From Escherichia coli (GTDB taxonomy: Bacteria; Pseudomonadota; Gammaproteobacteria; Enterobacterales; Enterobacteriaceae): a stretch of DNA of 64,000 nt. A model generated the notes under the pieces. That model was not told the origin of the DNA. It did no database searches and saw nothing but the letters and a program-made list of their open reading frames with translations. Within the stretch, counting starts at the first letter, position 1. Each line of letters opens with the position of its first letter. Of the stretch, positions 47,401 through 59,722 are shown one piece after another. The stretch is from NCBI RefSeq assembly GCF_003018115.1, contig NZ_CP027457.1; one strand, written 5' to 3'. Both the position numbers and the translations under genes were made by a program.

Positions 47401-48636
47401 TTTCACCACCCGCTTCAGCCCGGCTTCACCCTGCGTGTGCAGGACTTCACGGCGGTCCAGGCTGTCGGTGATGGTGATGCGGTCTTTCTCATACTGATAC
47501 GTGTAGCTTAAGCCTGCCGGGTTTAGCTGTTCTGTCACCCGCCCGTCGCGGTCGTAACGGTAACGGATTTCCGGTCGGCCCGTGTGACGGTGCGCCACCA
47601 TCCGGCCCCGGTATTTATCATCGTAAGTAAAGCTGCGCACCTGTGTATTGCTGCGGTCATACACCGCCGCCAGTTCGCCGCGCGGCGTCCAGCCATAGCG
47701 CACCAGCGGCGCGGCAGGTAAATTCTCCGGGTATTCCGGGTCGTGCGTCAGCCACACGGCAGACAGACGGATGCCGTTGTCCCGGCCATATTCGGTGTAA
47801 CCCGGCAGGGTATCAGGAAAAGCGGACGGTTCCGTCCCGCCGGAAATGGCCTGCTGCCGGGCTTCTTCTGCCCGCTGCGCCTGCGTGGTCAGTACCAGCC
47901 GGAAGTGACGCCCGGCACCATCCGTCACGCCGGTGATTTCGCCGCTGAATTCACCGGCGGCTTCGCGGTGGAACGTCTGTGTGCGCCCGAAGCGGTCCAC
48001 CAGCCCGGTCAGTACCCGGTACGGCGGCAGCGGCGCAGGCAGCACCTCATCCGCTTCCGGCACCCGCTCACACCAGCCGAGCAGCCACCACGGCCCCTGC
48101 GGGCTGTTTGTCGCCAGATAACGATGCGGACTTAAGCGGAGTTCTTCCGGCAGCGCCTGCCAGAGTGCGGCCAGCCGGTGACCTTCATCCAGTTTCGCCA
48201 CACCGCCGCGCACCAGCCACAGTGACTCGCTGCGGCTGTAACCGTCCTCACGGGGAAACAGGTGCTCAAAATACAGGCTTCTGCCGCCGTTATCACTGAG
48301 TATCAGTGTGTTATCGCGCAGCTGTAAGCGGATATCCGCAGGCATTTTCCAGCCGGGGCCGAGGCTCCCCACCGGCGCGGGCGTTTTTGTCCGGTAACTG
48401 CTGTAGGTGCGGGAGAGAATGAACGGCAGCGGGGCGGGCAGGGCGATGTCGGTTTCACCGGGAAGGACCTTTGCACCCAGCAGCGGATTGACCGGATGGC
48501 CGGACGTCACTCCGCCGGGGCACACCGAACAGGCCACGCCGGTGGGGGCACCAATGCGCACCCCGGCTGAACCCTGGACAATGCTACCGCCATACTGCGT
48601 CATGTCGCCCTGACGCGCCGCCGGTTTTCCGCTCAT
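44437..48636 (-). CDS. rhsC: Rhs-family polymorphic toxin, 1399 aa: conserved core with YD repeats, then a ~150-aa variable C-terminal toxin domain after [27 protein letters not shown]
   Basis: N-terminus [33 protein letters not shown] and YD-repeat core match E. coli Rhs proteins as remembered; locus position next to ybfA/kdp corresponds to rhsC. C-terminal domain family not recognised. Confidence 0.9.
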   Translation of the reverse strand: MSGKPAARQGDMTQYGGSIVQGSAGVRIGAPTGVACSVCPGGVTSGHPVNPLLGAKVLPGETDIALPAPLPFILSRTYSSYRTKTPAPVGSLGPGWKMPADIRLQLRDNTLILSDNGGRSLYFEHLFPREDGYSRSESLWLVRGGVAKLDEGHRLAALWQALPEELRLSPHRYLATNSPQGPWWLLGWCERVPEADEVLPAPLPPYRVLTGLVDRFGRTQTFHREAAGEFSGEITGVTDGAGRHFRLVLTTQAQRAEEARQQAISGGTEPSAFPDTLPGYTEYGRDNGIRLSAVWLTHDPEYPENLPAAPLVRYGWTPRGELAAVYDRSNTQVRSFTYDDKYRGRMVAHRHTGRPEIRYRYDRDGRVTEQLNPAGLSYTYQYEKDRITITDSLDRREVLHTQGEAGLKRVVKKEHADGSVTQSQFDAVGRLKAQTDAAGRTTEYSPDVVTGLITRITTPDGRASAFYYNHHSQLTSATGPDGLEIRREYDELGRLIQETAHNGDITRYRYDNPHSDLPCATDDATGSRKTMTWSRYGQLLSFTDCSGYVTRYDHDRFGQMTAVHREEGLSQYRAYDSRGQLIAVKDMQGHEMRYEYNIAGDLTAVIAPDGSRNGTQYDAWGKAIRTTQGGLTRSMEYNAAGRVIRLTSENGSHTTFRYDVLDRLIQETGFDGRTQRYHHDLTGKLIRSEDEGLVTHWHYDEADRLTQRTVKGETAERWRYDERGWLTDISHISEGHRVTVHYGYDEKGRLTGERQTVHHPQTEALLWQHETRHAYNAQGLANRCIPDSLPAVEWLAYGSGYLAGMKLGDTPLVDFTRDRLHRETLRSFGRYELTTAYTPAGQLQRQHLNSLQYDRDYTWNDNGELIRISSPRHTRSYSYSTTGRLTGVHTTTSTLDIRIPYATDPAGNRLPDPELHPDSTLSMWPDNRIARDAHYLYRYDRHGRLTEKTDLIPEGVIRTDDERTHRYHYDSQHRLVHYTRTQYAEPLVESRYLYDPLGRRVAKRVWRRERDLTGWMSLSRKPQVTWYGWDGDRLTTIQNDRTRIQTIYQPGSFTPLIRVETATGELAKTQRRSLADALQQSGGEDGGSVVFPPVLVQMLDRLESEILADRVSEESRRWLASCGLTVKQMQNQLDPVYTPARKIHLYHCDHRGLPLVLISTEGATEWCAEYDEWGNLLNEENPHQLQQLIRLPGQQYDEESGLYYNRHRYYDPLQGRYITQDPIGLKGGWNFYQYPLNPVQYIDSMGLASKYGHLNNGGYGARPNKPPTPDPSKLPDIAKQLRLPYPIDQASSAPNVFKTFFRVLSPYDYTLYCRKWVKPNLTCTPQDDPQYPGMDTKTASDYLPQTNWPTTQLPPGYTCAEPYLFPDINKPDGPATAGIDDLGEILAKMKQRTSRGIRK

Positions 48637-48824
48637 CTGCTCATCCTTGTTTTATCGAGTTATTTGTCTGCTTCCAGGCAAAACCCTACAGATTTATAAG
48701 AAAGCCTTAAGTGAGATATCCATCAGATAGAAACAATTAGGAAAATATTTATATATATTTCATGAATATATGTTTCGATTGGTATAACGGTGTCTAAATA
48801 TTCCTCTGAACATCTTCCTTATAC

Positions 48825-48859
48825 AAAAAACCGCCAGCGTTTCCGCTGGCGGTTTTCAA
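48825..48859. terminator. bidirectional hairpin AAAAAACCGCCAGCGTTTCCGCTGGCGGTTTTCAA downstream of ybfA
   Basis: GC stem flanked by an A-run and a T-run, 20 bp after the ybfA stop on the minus strand. Confidence 0.55.
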
Positions 48860-48878
48860 TGTATTCAAAACTCAGCAA

Positions 48879-49085
48879 TCAGTAAAAATCACCAGTTGCC
48901 TTTTCGGCCTGATCCATCCACACCGGTTTATCGCTGGTTTTCGACCAGACGCGATGCAGGTAGCTGTAAAAGCGGGCGCGGTCTTTCCAGAAAAGCATGA
49001 AAGGCAGCGCCAGAACGCCCGCTGCAACCGCATAAGTACGGCGTAAAAAGATAAGCCATGCAGGATATTCTCTGTAGAGTTCCAT
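48879..49085 (-). CDS. ybfA: small membrane protein, 68 aa (DUF2517)
   Basis: [33 protein letters not shown]; synteny between the Rhs locus and kdp. Confidence 0.8.
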
Positions 49086-49294
49086 ACTTTTCTCCCCCTT
49101 TTGTATCTACCCGGTGAATAGCACCGGAAAAATGAATTTGTTTATCTGATGAAAATAGTACCGCCTTTTGTGTAATTTTACTACTCATCCGACCACTTAT
49201 TTTTGCTTATTGATGGTTTATTTACATTCACCCTGTAATTAAGTTACACAAAAGTTAAATTAATACTAAACATTAGTTAAATCATGGCTTTTGC

Positions 49295-49325
49295 CATTTT
49301 TATACTTTTTTTACACCCCGTCCGC
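49295..49325 (+). promoter_or_regulatory. KdpE-binding site / kdpFABC promoter element (TTTTTATACTTTTTTACACCCCGTCCG)
   Basis: T-rich direct-repeat sequence about 75-100 bp upstream of kdpF, matching my memory of the KdpE operator. Confidence 0.5.
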
Positions 49326-49397
49326 AGATTTTTGCGAAATCTTTGCAGCCAGAATTCTACCCTTCCGGTATCACTTTTAGGCCACTGGAGGTGCACT

Positions 49398-49487
49398 GTG
49401 AGTGCAGGCGTGATAACCGGCGTATTGCTGGTGTTTTTATTACTGGGTTATCTGGTTTATGCCCTGATCAATGCGGAGGCGTTCTGA
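49398..49487 (+). CDS. kdpF: K+-transporting ATPase small subunit KdpF, 29 aa, GTG start
   Basis: [29 protein letters not shown] lies inside the longer tracked ORF 49284-49487; its stop overlaps the kdpA start (TGATG). Confidence 0.8.
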
Positions 49488-51160
49488 TGGCTGCGCAAGG
49501 GTTCTTACTGATCGCCACGTTTTTACTGGTGTTAATGGTGCTGGCGCGTCCTTTAGGCAGCGGGCTGGCGCGGCTGATTAATGACATTCCTCTTCCAGGT
49601 ACAGCGGGCGTTGAACGTATACTCTTTCGTTTACCTGGCGTCTCTGACCATGAGATGAACTGGAAGCAGTATCTCTGTGCCATTCTCGGCCTGAACATGC
49701 TGGGGCTGGCGGTGCTGTTTTTTATGTTGCTCGGTCAGCACTATCTGCCGCTTAATCCACAGCAGTTGCCGGGGCTGTCGTGGGATCTGGCGCTGAATAC
49801 CGCCGTCAGCTTTGTCACGAATACCAACTGGCAATCTTATAGCGGTGAAACCACGTTGAGCTATTTCAGCCAGATGGCAGGCTTAACGGTACAAAACTTT
49901 CTTTCTGCCGCCAGCGGGATTGCGGTGATTTTTGCCCTCATTCGTGCATTTACCCGCCAGAGCATGAGCACACTCGGGAATGCCTGGGTCGATCTGCTAC
50001 GCATCACGTTATGGGTGCTCGTCCCTGTGGCGTTGGTGATCGCACTGTTTTTTATTCAACAAGGTGCGCTGCAAAACTTTCTGCCCTATCAGGCAGTGAA
50101 TACCGTTGAAGGAGCGCAACAGCTGTTACCAATGGGTCCGGTGGCTTCTCAGGAAGCGATCAAGATGCTCGGCACTAACGGCGGTGGTTTCTTTAATGCC
50201 AACTCGTCGCATCCGTTTGAAAACCCAACCGCACTGACCAACTTCGTGCAGATGCTGGCGATCTTCTTGATCCCAACAGCGCTGTGCTTTGCCTTTGGTG
50301 AAGTGACGGGCGATCGCCGCCAGGGGCGCATGTTGCTGTGGGCGATGTCGGTGATTTTTGTCATCTGCGTAGGCGTGGTGATGTGGGCAGAAGTTCAGGG
50401 TAATCCTCATCTGCTGGCGCTGGGTGCGGACAGCAGCATCAATATGGAAGGTAAAGAGAGCCGTTTCGGCGTGTTGGTCAGTAGCCTGTTTGCGGTCGTG
50501 ACTACGGCGGCGTCCTGTGGCGCGGTGATTGCGATGCATGATTCGTTTACCGCTCTCGGTGGCATGGTGCCGATGTGGCTGATGCAAATTGGTGAAGTGG
50601 TATTCGGCGGTGTCGGTTCTGGTCTTTACGGCATGATGCTGTTTGTCCTGCTGGCGGTGTTTATTGCCGGGCTGATGATTGGTCGTACACCGGAATATCT
50701 GGGTAAAAAAATCGACGTACGTGAGATGAAACTGACTGCACTGGCGATTCTGGTCACCCCGACGCTGGTGCTGATGGGCGCGGCGCTGGCAATGATGACC
50801 GACGCCGGACGTAGCGCCATGCTCAACCCTGGCCCGCATGGTTTTAGCGAAGTGCTGTACGCCGTGTCATCCGCCGCTAACAACAACGGCAGCGCCTTTG
50901 CCGGATTAAGCGCCAACTCTCCGTTCTGGAACTGTTTACTGGCGTTCTGCATGTTTGTCGGTCGCTTCGGGGTGATTATCCCGGTGATGGCAATTGCCGG
51001 TTCGCTGGTGAGTAAAAAGAGCCAACCCGCCAGCTCCGGCACGCTGCCAACGCACGGCCCGCTGTTTGTTGGCCTGTTAATCGGCACCGTGTTGCTGGTT
51101 GGCGCACTGACCTTTATCCCTGCCCTGGCGCTTGGTCCGGTGGCGGAATATCTCTCCTGA
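49487..51160 (+). CDS. kdpA: K+-transporting ATPase subunit A, 557 aa
   Basis: Start at [26 protein letters not shown] inside the tracked ORF; polytopic membrane protein. Confidence 0.95.
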   Translation: MAAQGFLLIATFLLVLMVLARPLGSGLARLINDIPLPGTAGVERILFRLPGVSDHEMNWKQYLCAILGLNMLGLAVLFFMLLGQHYLPLNPQQLPGLSWDLALNTAVSFVTNTNWQSYSGETTLSYFSQMAGLTVQNFLSAASGIAVIFALIRAFTRQSMSTLGNAWVDLLRITLWVLVPVALVIALFFIQQGALQNFLPYQAVNTVEGAQQLLPMGPVASQEAIKMLGTNGGGFFNANSSHPFENPTALTNFVQMLAIFLIPTALCFAFGEVTGDRRQGRMLLWAMSVIFVICVGVVMWAEVQGNPHLLALGADSSINMEGKESRFGVLVSSLFAVVTTAASCGAVIAMHDSFTALGGMVPMWLMQIGEVVFGGVGSGLYGMMLFVLLAVFIAGLMIGRTPEYLGKKIDVREMKLTALAILVTPTLVLMGAALAMMTDAGRSAMLNPGPHGFSEVLYAVSSAANNNGSAFAGLSANSPFWNCLLAFCMFVGRFGVIIPVMAIAGSLVSKKSQPASSGTLPTHGPLFVGLLIGTVLLVGALTFIPALALGPVAEYLS

Positions 51161-51182
51161 TGATATTGAGTGAGCACTGAAT

Positions 51183-53231
51183 ATGAGTCGTAAACAACTG
51201 GCGCTATTCGAACCAACACTTGTCGTTCAGGCGCTGAAAGAAGCGGTGAAAAAATTAAACCCGCAGGCGCAATGGCGCAATCCGGTGATGTTTATCGTCT
51301 GGATCGGCAGTCTGCTGACCACCTGTATTAGCATCGCGATGGCAAGCGGTGCGATGCCCGGCAATGCGCTGTTTAGCGCGGCCATTAGCGGTTGGCTGTG
51401 GATCACCGTACTGTTCGCTAATTTCGCCGAGGCGCTGGCAGAAGGCCGCAGTAAAGCGCAGGCCAACAGTCTGAAAGGGGTGAAAAAAACTGCCTTTGCC
51501 CGCAAGCTGCGTGAGCCGAAATATGGCGCTGCGGCGGACAAAGTTCCTGCCGATCAACTTCGTAAAGGCGATATCGTACTGGTAGAAGCTGGCGATATTA
51601 TCCCCTGCGATGGTGAAGTTATTGAAGGGGGTGCATCGGTCGATGAAAGCGCCATCACCGGGGAATCGGCACCGGTGATCCGTGAATCCGGCGGCGATTT
51701 TGCCTCCGTCACTGGCGGCACGCGTATTCTTTCTGACTGGCTGGTGATTGAGTGTAGCGTTAACCCCGGCGAGACATTTCTGGATCGGATGATCGCGATG
51801 GTGGAAGGCGCACAGCGACGTAAAACGCCGAACGAGATTGCCCTGACCATCCTGCTGATTGCCCTGACTATCGTCTTTTTACTGGCAACCGCCACGCTGT
51901 GGCCGTTTTCCGCGTGGGGCGGTAATGCAGTCAGTGTAACGGTACTGGTGGCGCTGCTGGTCTGTCTGATCCCAACCACTATTGGCGGCCTGTTGTCAGC
52001 GATCGGCGTCGCCGGGATGAGTCGGATGCTGGGCGCGAATGTGATTGCCACCAGCGGACGTGCAGTTGAAGCGGCAGGTGACGTTGACGTTCTGCTGCTG
52101 GATAAAACCGGCACCATCACACTCGGTAACCGTCAGGCATCGGAGTTTATCCCCGCGCAGGGCGTGGATGAAAAAACACTGGCTGACGCCGCACAACTGG
52201 CTTCGCTGGCTGATGAAACGCCGGAAGGCCGCAGTATTGTGATCCTCGCCAAGCAACGTTTTAACCTGCGCGAGCGCGATGTGCAGTCGCTCCATGCCAC
52301 CTTTGTACCGTTTACTGCGCAAAGCCGGATGAGCGGGATAAACATCGACAACCGCTTGATCCGTAAAGGTTCTGTCGATGCCATTCGCCGCCATGTTGAG
52401 GCTAACGGTGGTCACTTCCCTGCCGATGTTGATCAAAAAGTCGATCAGGTTGCGCGTCAGGGAGCCACGCCGCTGGTGGTGGTGGAAGGTTCTCGTGTGC
52501 TGGGTGTTATTGCGCTGAAAGATATCGTCAAAGGCGGTATTAAAGAGCGCTTCGCCCAGCTGCGTAAAATGGGCATTAAAACGGTGATGATTACCGGCGA
52601 TAACCGTCTGACTGCCGCCGCGATTGCTGCGGAAGCGGGTGTCGATGATTTTCTCGCCGAAGCGACACCGGAGGCCAAGCTGGCATTGATCCGTCAGTAT
52701 CAGGCGGAAGGCCGTTTGGTAGCGATGACCGGCGACGGCACCAACGATGCTCCGGCGCTGGCGCAGGCAGATGTCGCGGTGGCGATGAACTCTGGTACTC
52801 AGGCGGCGAAAGAAGCGGGCAATATGGTGGATCTCGACTCTAACCCGACCAAGTTGATCGAGGTGGTGCATATTGGCAAACAGATGCTGATGACCCGTGG
52901 CTCGCTGACCACCTTCAGCATTGCCAACGATGTGGCGAAATACTTCGCCATTATTCCGGCGGCATTCGCGGTAACGTATCCACAGTTAAATGCGCTGAAC
53001 ATCATGCGCCTGCATTCGCCCGACTCCGCCATTCTCAGTGCGGTCATTTTCAACGCCTTGATTATCGTCTTTTTGATTCCCCTGGCGTTAAAAGGCGTGA
53101 GTTATAAACCGCTTACCGCTTCTGCCATGTTGCGCCGTAACTTATGGATTTACGGTCTGGGTGGGCTGCTGGTGCCGTTTATTGGTATCAAAGTCATTGA
53201 TTTACTGCTGACCGTTTGCGGTCTGGTGTGA
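51183..53231 (+). CDS. kdpB: K+-transporting P-type ATPase subunit B, 682 aa
   Basis: P-type ATPase motifs DKTGTIT and [12 protein letters not shown]. Confidence 0.95.
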   Translation: MSRKQLALFEPTLVVQALKEAVKKLNPQAQWRNPVMFIVWIGSLLTTCISIAMASGAMPGNALFSAAISGWLWITVLFANFAEALAEGRSKAQANSLKGVKKTAFARKLREPKYGAAADKVPADQLRKGDIVLVEAGDIIPCDGEVIEGGASVDESAITGESAPVIRESGGDFASVTGGTRILSDWLVIECSVNPGETFLDRMIAMVEGAQRRKTPNEIALTILLIALTIVFLLATATLWPFSAWGGNAVSVTVLVALLVCLIPTTIGGLLSAIGVAGMSRMLGANVIATSGRAVEAAGDVDVLLLDKTGTITLGNRQASEFIPAQGVDEKTLADAAQLASLADETPEGRSIVILAKQRFNLRERDVQSLHATFVPFTAQSRMSGINIDNRLIRKGSVDAIRRHVEANGGHFPADVDQKVDQVARQGATPLVVVEGSRVLGVIALKDIVKGGIKERFAQLRKMGIKTVMITGDNRLTAAAIAAEAGVDDFLAEATPEAKLALIRQYQAEGRLVAMTGDGTNDAPALAQADVAVAMNSGTQAAKEAGNMVDLDSNPTKLIEVVHIGKQMLMTRGSLTTFSIANDVAKYFAIIPAAFAVTYPQLNALNIMRLHSPDSAILSAVIFNALIIVFLIPLALKGVSYKPLTASAMLRRNLWIYGLGGLLVPFIGIKVIDLLLTVCGLV

Positions 53232-53239
53232 GGTTTACC

Positions 53240-53812
53240 ATGCGTGGATTACGTCCGGCATTATCGACATTTATCTTTCTGTTATTGATTACTGGCGGTG
53301 TTTACCCGCTGCTGACCACCGCGCTGGGGCAATGGTGGTTTCCCTGGCAGGCCAACGGTTCGTTGATCCGTGAAGGTGATACGGTGCGGGGTTCGGCATT
53401 AATCGGGCAGAATTTTACCGGCAACGGCTATTTTCATGGTCGCCCGTCGGCAACGGCAGAAATGCCTTATAATCCACAGGCTTCTGGCGGGAGCAATCTG
53501 GCAGTCAGTAACCCGGAGCTGGATAAACAGATAGCCGCACGCGTTGCTGCATTACGGGCCGCTAACCCGGATGCCAGCGCGAGCGTTCCGGTTGAACTGG
53601 TGACGGCATCGGCAAGCGGGCTGGACAATAACATCACCCCACAAGCGGCGGCCTGGCAGATCCCACGCGTAGCGAAAGCGCGTAATCTCAGCGTTGAACA
53701 GCTCACGCAACTGATCGCAAAATACAGCCAACAACCACTGGTGAAATATATCGGCCAGCCGGTCGTCAACATTGTCGAACTCAATCTGGCGCTGGATAAA
53801 CTTGATGAATAA
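53240..53812 (+). CDS. kdpC: K+-transporting ATPase subunit C, 190 aa
   Basis: Start placed at the second in-frame ATG ([20 protein letters not shown]). Confidence 0.9.
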   Translation: MRGLRPALSTFIFLLLITGGVYPLLTTALGQWWFPWQANGSLIREGDTVRGSALIGQNFTGNGYFHGRPSATAEMPYNPQASGGSNLAVSNPELDKQIAARVAALRAANPDASASVPVELVTASASGLDNNITPQAAAWQIPRVAKARNLSVEQLTQLIAKYSQQPLVKYIGQPVVNIVELNLALDKLDE

Positions 53813-56489
53813 CGAACCCTTACGTCCCGACCCCGATCGTCTGCTGGAACAAACTGCCGCGCCGCATCGGGGGAAGCTGAAAGTTTTCTTCGGTGCCTGC
53901 GCAGGCGTCGGGAAGACCTGGGCGATGCTGGCAGAAGCCCAGCGACTGCGGGCGCAAGGGCTGGATATTGTGGTTGGCGTGGTAGAAACCCACGGGCGGA
54001 AAGATACCGCCGCCATGCTGGAAGGGCTGGCTGTTCTGCCGCCAAAACGCCTGGCGTACCGTGGGCGGCACATCAGCGAGTTTGATCTCGATGCCGCCCT
54101 CGCCCGCCGTCCGGCGCTGATCTTAATGGACGAACTGGCGCACAGTAATGCGCCAGGTTCTCGTCATCCTAAACGCTGGCAGGATATCGAAGAACTGCTG
54201 GAAGCTGGCATTGATGTTTTCACAACCGTCAACGTTCAGCATCTGGAAAGTCTGAATGATGTGGTCAGCGGCGTCACCGGAATTCAGGTACGGGAAACCG
54301 TGCCCGATCCTTTTTTCGATGCCGCCGACGACGTGGTGCTGGTGGACTTGCCCCCGGACGATCTGCGCCAGCGGCTGAAAGAAGGCAAAGTCTATATTGC
54401 TGGGCAGGCGGAGCGCGCCATTGAACATTTTTTCCGCAAAGGCAATCTGATCGCCCTGCGCGAACTGGCACTGCGCCGTACTGCCGATCGCGTTGATGAG
54501 CAAATGCGCGCCTGGCGGGGGCATCCTGGCGAAGAGAAAGTCTGGCACACGCGCGACGCGATCCTTTTATGCATCGGCCATAACACCGGCAGCGAAAAAC
54601 TGGTCCGCGCGGCGGCGCGGCTGGCGTCACGGCTGGGGAGCGTCTGGCACGCGGTGTATGTTGAAACCCCTGCCCTGCATCGCTTACCGGAGAAAAAACG
54701 TCGGGCAATTCTCAGCGCCTTACGTCTGGCGCAGGAGCTGGGCGCGGAGACGGCAACACTTTCTGATCCAGCGGAAGAGAAAGCGGTAGTGCGTTATGCC
54801 CGTGAACATAATCTCGGCAAGATTATTCTCGGTCGCCCAGCCTCGCGCCGCTGGTGGCGTCGGGAAACGTTTGCTGACCGACTGGCGCGCATCGCCCCCG
54901 ATCTCGATCAGGTGCTGGTCGCGCTTGATGAACCACCCGCCCGCACGATTAACAACGCGCCGGATAGCCGCTCTTTTAAAGACAAGTGGCGGGTACAGAT
55001 TCAGGGATGCGTGGTTGCCGCCGCGTTATGCGCCGTTATCACCTTAATTGCCATGCAGTGGCTGATGGCGTTTGATGCCGCCAACCTGGTGATGCTGTAT
55101 CTACTTGGCGTGGTGGTGGTGGCGCTATTTTATGGACGCTGGCCTTCGGTGGTTGCTACCGTCATTAATGTGGTGAGTTTCGATCTCTTTTTTATCGCCC
55201 CACGCGGCACGCTCGCCGTCTCTGATGTGCAATATCTGCTGACCTTCGCGGTGATGTTAACCGTCGGGCTGGTGATCGGGAACCTTACTGCGGGTGTGCG
55301 TTATCAGGCGCGGGTAGCCCGTTACCGCGAGCAACGCACACGGCACTTATATGAAATGTCGAAAGCTCTGGCTGTGGGCCGCAGTCCGCAGGACATCGCC
55401 GCCACCAGCGAACAATTTATTGCCTCCACGTTTCATGCCCGCAGCCAGGTATTGTTACCCGATGACAACGGTAAATTGCAGCCGTTAACGCATCCGCAAG
55501 GAATGACGCCGTGGGACGATGCCATCGCGCAGTGGAGTTTTGATAAAGGCCTGCCTGCGGGTGCGGGCACCGACACGTTACCCGGCGTGCCATATCAGAT
55601 TTTGCCGTTAAAAAGCGGTGAGAAAACTTACGGGCTGGTGGTGGTGGAACCGGGGAATCTGCGCCAGTTGATGATCCCGGAACAGCAGCGCCTGCTGGAG
55701 ACGTTTACGCTGTTAGTCGCCAATGCGCTTGAGCGGCTGACGCTGACCGCCAGCGAAGAACAGGCGCGGATGGCAAGCGAACGTGAACAGATCCGCAACG
55801 CCCTGCTGGCAGCGCTTTCGCATGATTTACGCACTCCGCTCACGGTGTTGTTCGGTCAGGCAGAAATCTTAACGCTCGATCTGGCAAGCGAAGGATCGCC
55901 CCACGCCCGCCAGGCCAGCGAGATTCGTCAGCATGTGCTGAACACTACCCGACTGGTGAATAATCTACTGGATATGGCGCGAATTCAGTCCGGCGGCTTT
56001 AATTTGAAGAAAGAGTGGTTAACGCTGGAAGAAGTAGTCGGCAGCGCGCTGCAAATGCTGGAACCGGGTTTATCGTCGCCCATCAATCTTTCTCTGCCAG
56101 AACCGCTGACCTTAATCCACGTTGACGGGCCACTCTTTGAACGGGTGCTGATTAATCTGCTGGAGAACGCGGTGAAATATGCGGGTGCGCAGGCCGAAAT
56201 TGGTATCGATGCCCACGTTGAGGGCGAAAATCTACAACTGGATGTCTGGGATAACGGCCCCGGTCTTCCGCCAGGCCAGGAGCAGACGATATTTGATAAG
56301 TTTGCTCGCGGGAATAAAGAGTCGGCAGTACCGGGGGTAGGGCTTGGACTGGCAATTTGTCGGGCGATTGTGGATGTACACGGCGGCACCATTACCGCGT
56401 TCAACCGACCGGAAGGTGGTGCCTGTTTTCGTGTTACACTTCCCCAGCAAACCGCTCCTGAACTTGAAGAATTTCATGAGGATATGTGA
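53805..56489 (+). CDS. kdpD: sensor histidine kinase KdpD, 894 aa
   Basis: Start at [16 protein letters not shown]; N-terminal P-loop GACAGVGKT, membrane segments, C-terminal HisKA ([10 protein letters not shown]) and ATPase domains; overlaps kdpC by 8 nt. Confidence 0.9.
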   Translation: MNNEPLRPDPDRLLEQTAAPHRGKLKVFFGACAGVGKTWAMLAEAQRLRAQGLDIVVGVVETHGRKDTAAMLEGLAVLPPKRLAYRGRHISEFDLDAALARRPALILMDELAHSNAPGSRHPKRWQDIEELLEAGIDVFTTVNVQHLESLNDVVSGVTGIQVRETVPDPFFDAADDVVLVDLPPDDLRQRLKEGKVYIAGQAERAIEHFFRKGNLIALRELALRRTADRVDEQMRAWRGHPGEEKVWHTRDAILLCIGHNTGSEKLVRAAARLASRLGSVWHAVYVETPALHRLPEKKRRAILSALRLAQELGAETATLSDPAEEKAVVRYAREHNLGKIILGRPASRRWWRRETFADRLARIAPDLDQVLVALDEPPARTINNAPDSRSFKDKWRVQIQGCVVAAALCAVITLIAMQWLMAFDAANLVMLYLLGVVVVALFYGRWPSVVATVINVVSFDLFFIAPRGTLAVSDVQYLLTFAVMLTVGLVIGNLTAGVRYQARVARYREQRTRHLYEMSKALAVGRSPQDIAATSEQFIASTFHARSQVLLPDDNGKLQPLTHPQGMTPWDDAIAQWSFDKGLPAGAGTDTLPGVPYQILPLKSGEKTYGLVVVEPGNLRQLMIPEQQRLLETFTLLVANALERLTLTASEEQARMASEREQIRNALLAALSHDLRTPLTVLFGQAEILTLDLASEGSPHARQASEIRQHVLNTTRLVNNLLDMARIQSGGFNLKKEWLTLEEVVGSALQMLEPGLSSPINLSLPEPLTLIHVDGPLFERVLINLLENAVKYAGAQAEIGIDAHVEGENLQLDVWDNGPGLPPGQEQTIFDKFARGNKESAVPGVGLGLAICRAIVDVHGGTITAFNRPEGGACFRVTLPQQTAPELEEFHEDM

Positions 56490-57163
56490 CAAACGTTCTG
56501 ATTGTTGAAGATGAACAAGCTATTCGTCGCTTTCTGCGCACGGCGCTGGAGGGCGACGGGATGCGCGTCTATGAGGCCGAAACGCTGCAACGCGGCTTGC
56601 TGGAAGCGGCTACCCGTAAGCCAGATTTGATTATTCTCGATCTCGGCCTGCCCGATGGTGATGGGATTGAGTTTATCCGCGACCTGCGCCAGTGGAGCGC
56701 GGTGCCGGTGATTGTGCTTTCCGCACGCAGCGAAGAGAGCGACAAAATCGCCGCGCTGGATGCCGGAGCTGATGATTACCTGAGTAAGCCGTTTGGCATT
56801 GGCGAATTGCAGGCCCGTCTGCGCGTCGCCTTACGCCGCCATTCAGCCACCGCCGCACCCGATCCGCTGGTGAAATTTTCCGATGTGACCGTCGATTTAG
56901 CCGCCCGCGTGATTCACCGGGGTGAGGAAGAGGTGCATCTTACGCCAATTGAATTTCGCCTGCTGGCGGTGCTGCTCAACAATGCCGGAAAAGTGCTCAC
57001 CCAGCGCCAACTCCTTAACCAGGTATGGGGGCCAAACGCGGTCGAACACAGTCACTATTTGCGTATTTATATGGGACATCTGCGACAAAAACTGGAACAG
57101 GATCCCGCCCGCCCCCGCCATTTCATTACTGAAACCGGTATTGGTTATCGGTTTATGCTTTAG
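56486..57163 (+). CDS. kdpE: OmpR-family response regulator KdpE, 225 aa
   Basis: Receiver domain with DLIILDLGLPDGDG and a winged-helix C-terminus; 4-nt overlap with kdpD. Confidence 0.95.
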   Translation: MTNVLIVEDEQAIRRFLRTALEGDGMRVYEAETLQRGLLEAATRKPDLIILDLGLPDGDGIEFIRDLRQWSAVPVIVLSARSEESDKIAALDAGADDYLSKPFGIGELQARLRVALRRHSATAAPDPLVKFSDVTVDLAARVIHRGEEEVHLTPIEFRLLAVLLNNAGKVLTQRQLLNQVWGPNAVEHSHYLRIYMGHLRQKLEQDPARPRHFITETGIGYRFML

Positions 57164-57171
57164 GCGGTTAA

Positions 57172-57312
57172 ATGCTGGATCCGGCGTGAACGCCTTATCC
57201 GGCCTACAAAATAGCTTAAATTCAATAAATTGCACCATCCTCGCAGGCCTGATAAGCATAGCGCATCAGGCAGTCATAAGTAAAAAAGGGCGATCTTGCG
57301 ACCGCCCTTTTT
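57172..57312. repeat. REP units (57172-57272) followed by a bidirectional terminator hairpin AAAAAGGGCGATCTTGCGACCGCCCTTTTT (57283-57312) between kdpE and pgm
   Basis: Palindromic GGCGTGAACGCCTTATCCGGCCTAC / GCAGGCCTGATAAGCATAGCGCATCAGGC units and a GC hairpin flanked by A- and T-runs. Confidence 0.6.
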
Positions 57313-57326
57313 CTTATTTAATGTGT

Positions 57327-58967
57327 TTACGCGTTTTTCAGAACTTCGCTAACAATCTCAACCGCTTCTTTCTCAATCTGCTTGCGATGTTCTTCACCGA
57401 GGAAGCTTTCGCAGTAGATCTTATATGCGTCTTCCGTGCCTGACGGACGCGCGGCGAACCAGCCGTTGTCAGTCATCACTTTCAGACCGCCAATAGAAGC
57501 ACCGTTGCCCGGAGCAGCAGTCAGGCGCGCGGTGATCGGGTCACCAGCCAGGGTGCTGGCGCTCACCATTTCCGGAGACAGCTTAGACAGCGCCGCTTTT
57601 TGTGCGGAAGTCGCAGCTGCCTGCAAACGGTTGTAGCTCGGCGCACCAAAGCGTTTTGCCAGTTCGTTGTAGTGTTCCTGCGGGTTCTTACCGGTGACAG
57701 CGGTGATTTCCGCCGCCAGCAGACACATGATGATGCCGTCTTTGTCGGTGGACCACGGCGTGCCGTCGAAACGCAGGAAGGAAGCCCCTGCGCTCTCTTC
57801 GCCGCCAAAGCCGAAGCTGCCGTCGAACAGACCATCAACAAACCATTTGAAACCTACCGGGACTTCTACCAGCTTACGACCCAAGTCATTGACCACACGG
57901 TCGATCATCGCAGAAGAAACCAGCGTTTTACCAACGGCAACATCTTTGCCCCACTGCGGACGATGCTGGAACAGGTAATTGATCGCCACCGCCAGGTAGT
58001 GGTTCGGATTCATCAAACCTGCCGGAGTGACGATACCGTGACGGTCATAATCCGGGTCGTTAGCAAACGCCAGATCGAACTTATCACGCAGTGCCAGCAG
58101 GCCCGCCATCGCACACTCGGAGGAGCAGTCCATACGGATCGCGCCGTCTTTATCAAGGTGCATAAAGCGGAAGGTTTGATCGACCTGATCGTTAACGATA
58201 GTCAGGTTGAGGTTGTAATACTCGCCAATACGCTTCCAGTATTCGATACCGGAACCGCCCAGCGGATCAACGCCAAGCGTCAGGCCCGCTTTCTGAATCG
58301 CCGCCATATCAACGATATCGGCCAGCCCTTCCACGAACGGCTGCACCAGATCCTGCTCTTTCACATGACCGGATGCCATCGCTTCGTCGAGGGAGATACG
58401 CTTCACGCCTTTCAGGCCATCGGCCAGCAGTGCGTTGGCACGATCTTCCACCACTTTAGTGACGTTGGTATCAGCCGGGCCACCATTTGGCGGATTGTAC
58501 TTGATACCACCATCTTCCGGCGGGTTATGGGACGGTGTAATAACGATACCGTCTGCCAGCGGGCCACCTTTTTTATTGTGAACCAGGATGGCATTGGAAA
58601 CGGCAGGCGTCGGGGTGAAGCCATTGTTTTCCTGCACAATAACATCTACGCCGTTCGCTGCCAGCACTTCCAGAACGGAAATAAATGCAGGTTCGGACAG
58701 GGCGTGAGTATCTTTACCCACATAGCAAGGGCCAGTGATGCCGTTTTTCGCACGTTCTTCAGCAATTGCCTGAGCGATCGCCAGAATGTGCGGCTCGTTA
58801 AAGCTGTGGCGCGCTGCACTGCCACGGTGACCGGAAGTACCGAATTTCACCGCGTGCTCCGCATTCCCTGCTTCTGGTTTCAGTACATAATATTGCGCCG
58901 TCAGTTGGGCGACGTTAATCAAATCACTCTGTTGTGCAGGTTGGCCTGCACGATTGTGGATTGCCAT
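57327..58967 (-). CDS. pgm: phosphoglucomutase, 546 aa
   Basis: Start at [16 protein letters not shown] inside the tracked ORF; phosphoserine loop GTSGHRGS near the N-terminus. Confidence 0.9.
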
Positions 58968-58992
58968 TGCTTTGTCCTTTGTCTGCAACGTG

Positions 58993-59538
58993 TTAGATAG
59001 TTCCGCAAACCTTCTCAATCAATTCCGCCGGGAATTGCATCGACTGCATGATGTGTTCGATCATGCTGCATTTACGGCCGGTGTTGGTGTTGGTGATCAC
59101 CCAATACGGCGTGCCTGGCACATGTTTCGGCTTGGTCTGATTACCATTTTTCAGCAGCGTTTGTTCATCTGCCGCAAAGTAAACGCGCGTACGACCGTGC
59201 AACGATTCCGTTGCTTCGGCAAACGCCTGGGCGTCAAGAGAATATAGTGTAGACAACAGCAGCATAAAGCGATTGACCGCTCGCTTTTGCTCTGCGTATT
59301 CATCCGAAAGCAGAAGTTCACGCATTGCGCGAACCTTGTCTTTAATCGTTTTGACCGGCTTCGCTTCGACGATAGCAGGTGACGCAACGCGAACCTCTTT
59401 CGTCACCGGAGCAGCAGGCTGTGATGCGGCGGAAAATTTCAACATACGCCGTAAAATGTCGGATGCGCTCTCGCCGATATGCTTAGTGTGGCTGGCAATA
59501 TAGCTGTAGAGTTCATCATCAACTTCAATCGTTTTCAT
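58993..59538 (-). CDS. seqA: replication initiation negative regulator SeqA, 181 aa
   Basis: Start at [35 protein letters not shown] inside the tracked ORF. Confidence 0.9.
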
Positions 59539-59722
59539 CTTAATCCAGTGCAGTGTCTTAGCTGAATACAAGTCGCCAGGAGTATATGAATAAATCCCGG
59601 CAGCGGATAGCGTCAAGCCTGGCTTGCAGAAAAACTCGGAATAAACCTTATTTGTTGCAGCCCTGTGGCACAATGGTCAACATAATACCCTAACCCGACA
59701 ACGCGAAAAAAAGAACTTTGCC

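Noticed and set aside
45016-48299. Series of plus-strand ORFs of 60-240 aa inside the Rhs region
   Set aside because: All are antisense to the rhs core, whose GC-rich repeats keep reverse frames open; none has start or RBS context.
50126-52871. Minus-strand ORFs of 237, 197, 188 and 291 aa across kdpA and kdpB
   Set aside because: Antisense to well-supported kdp genes; compositionally biased.
57600-59000. 466-aa plus-strand ORF
   Set aside because: Antisense to pgm; a reverse-frame artefact.
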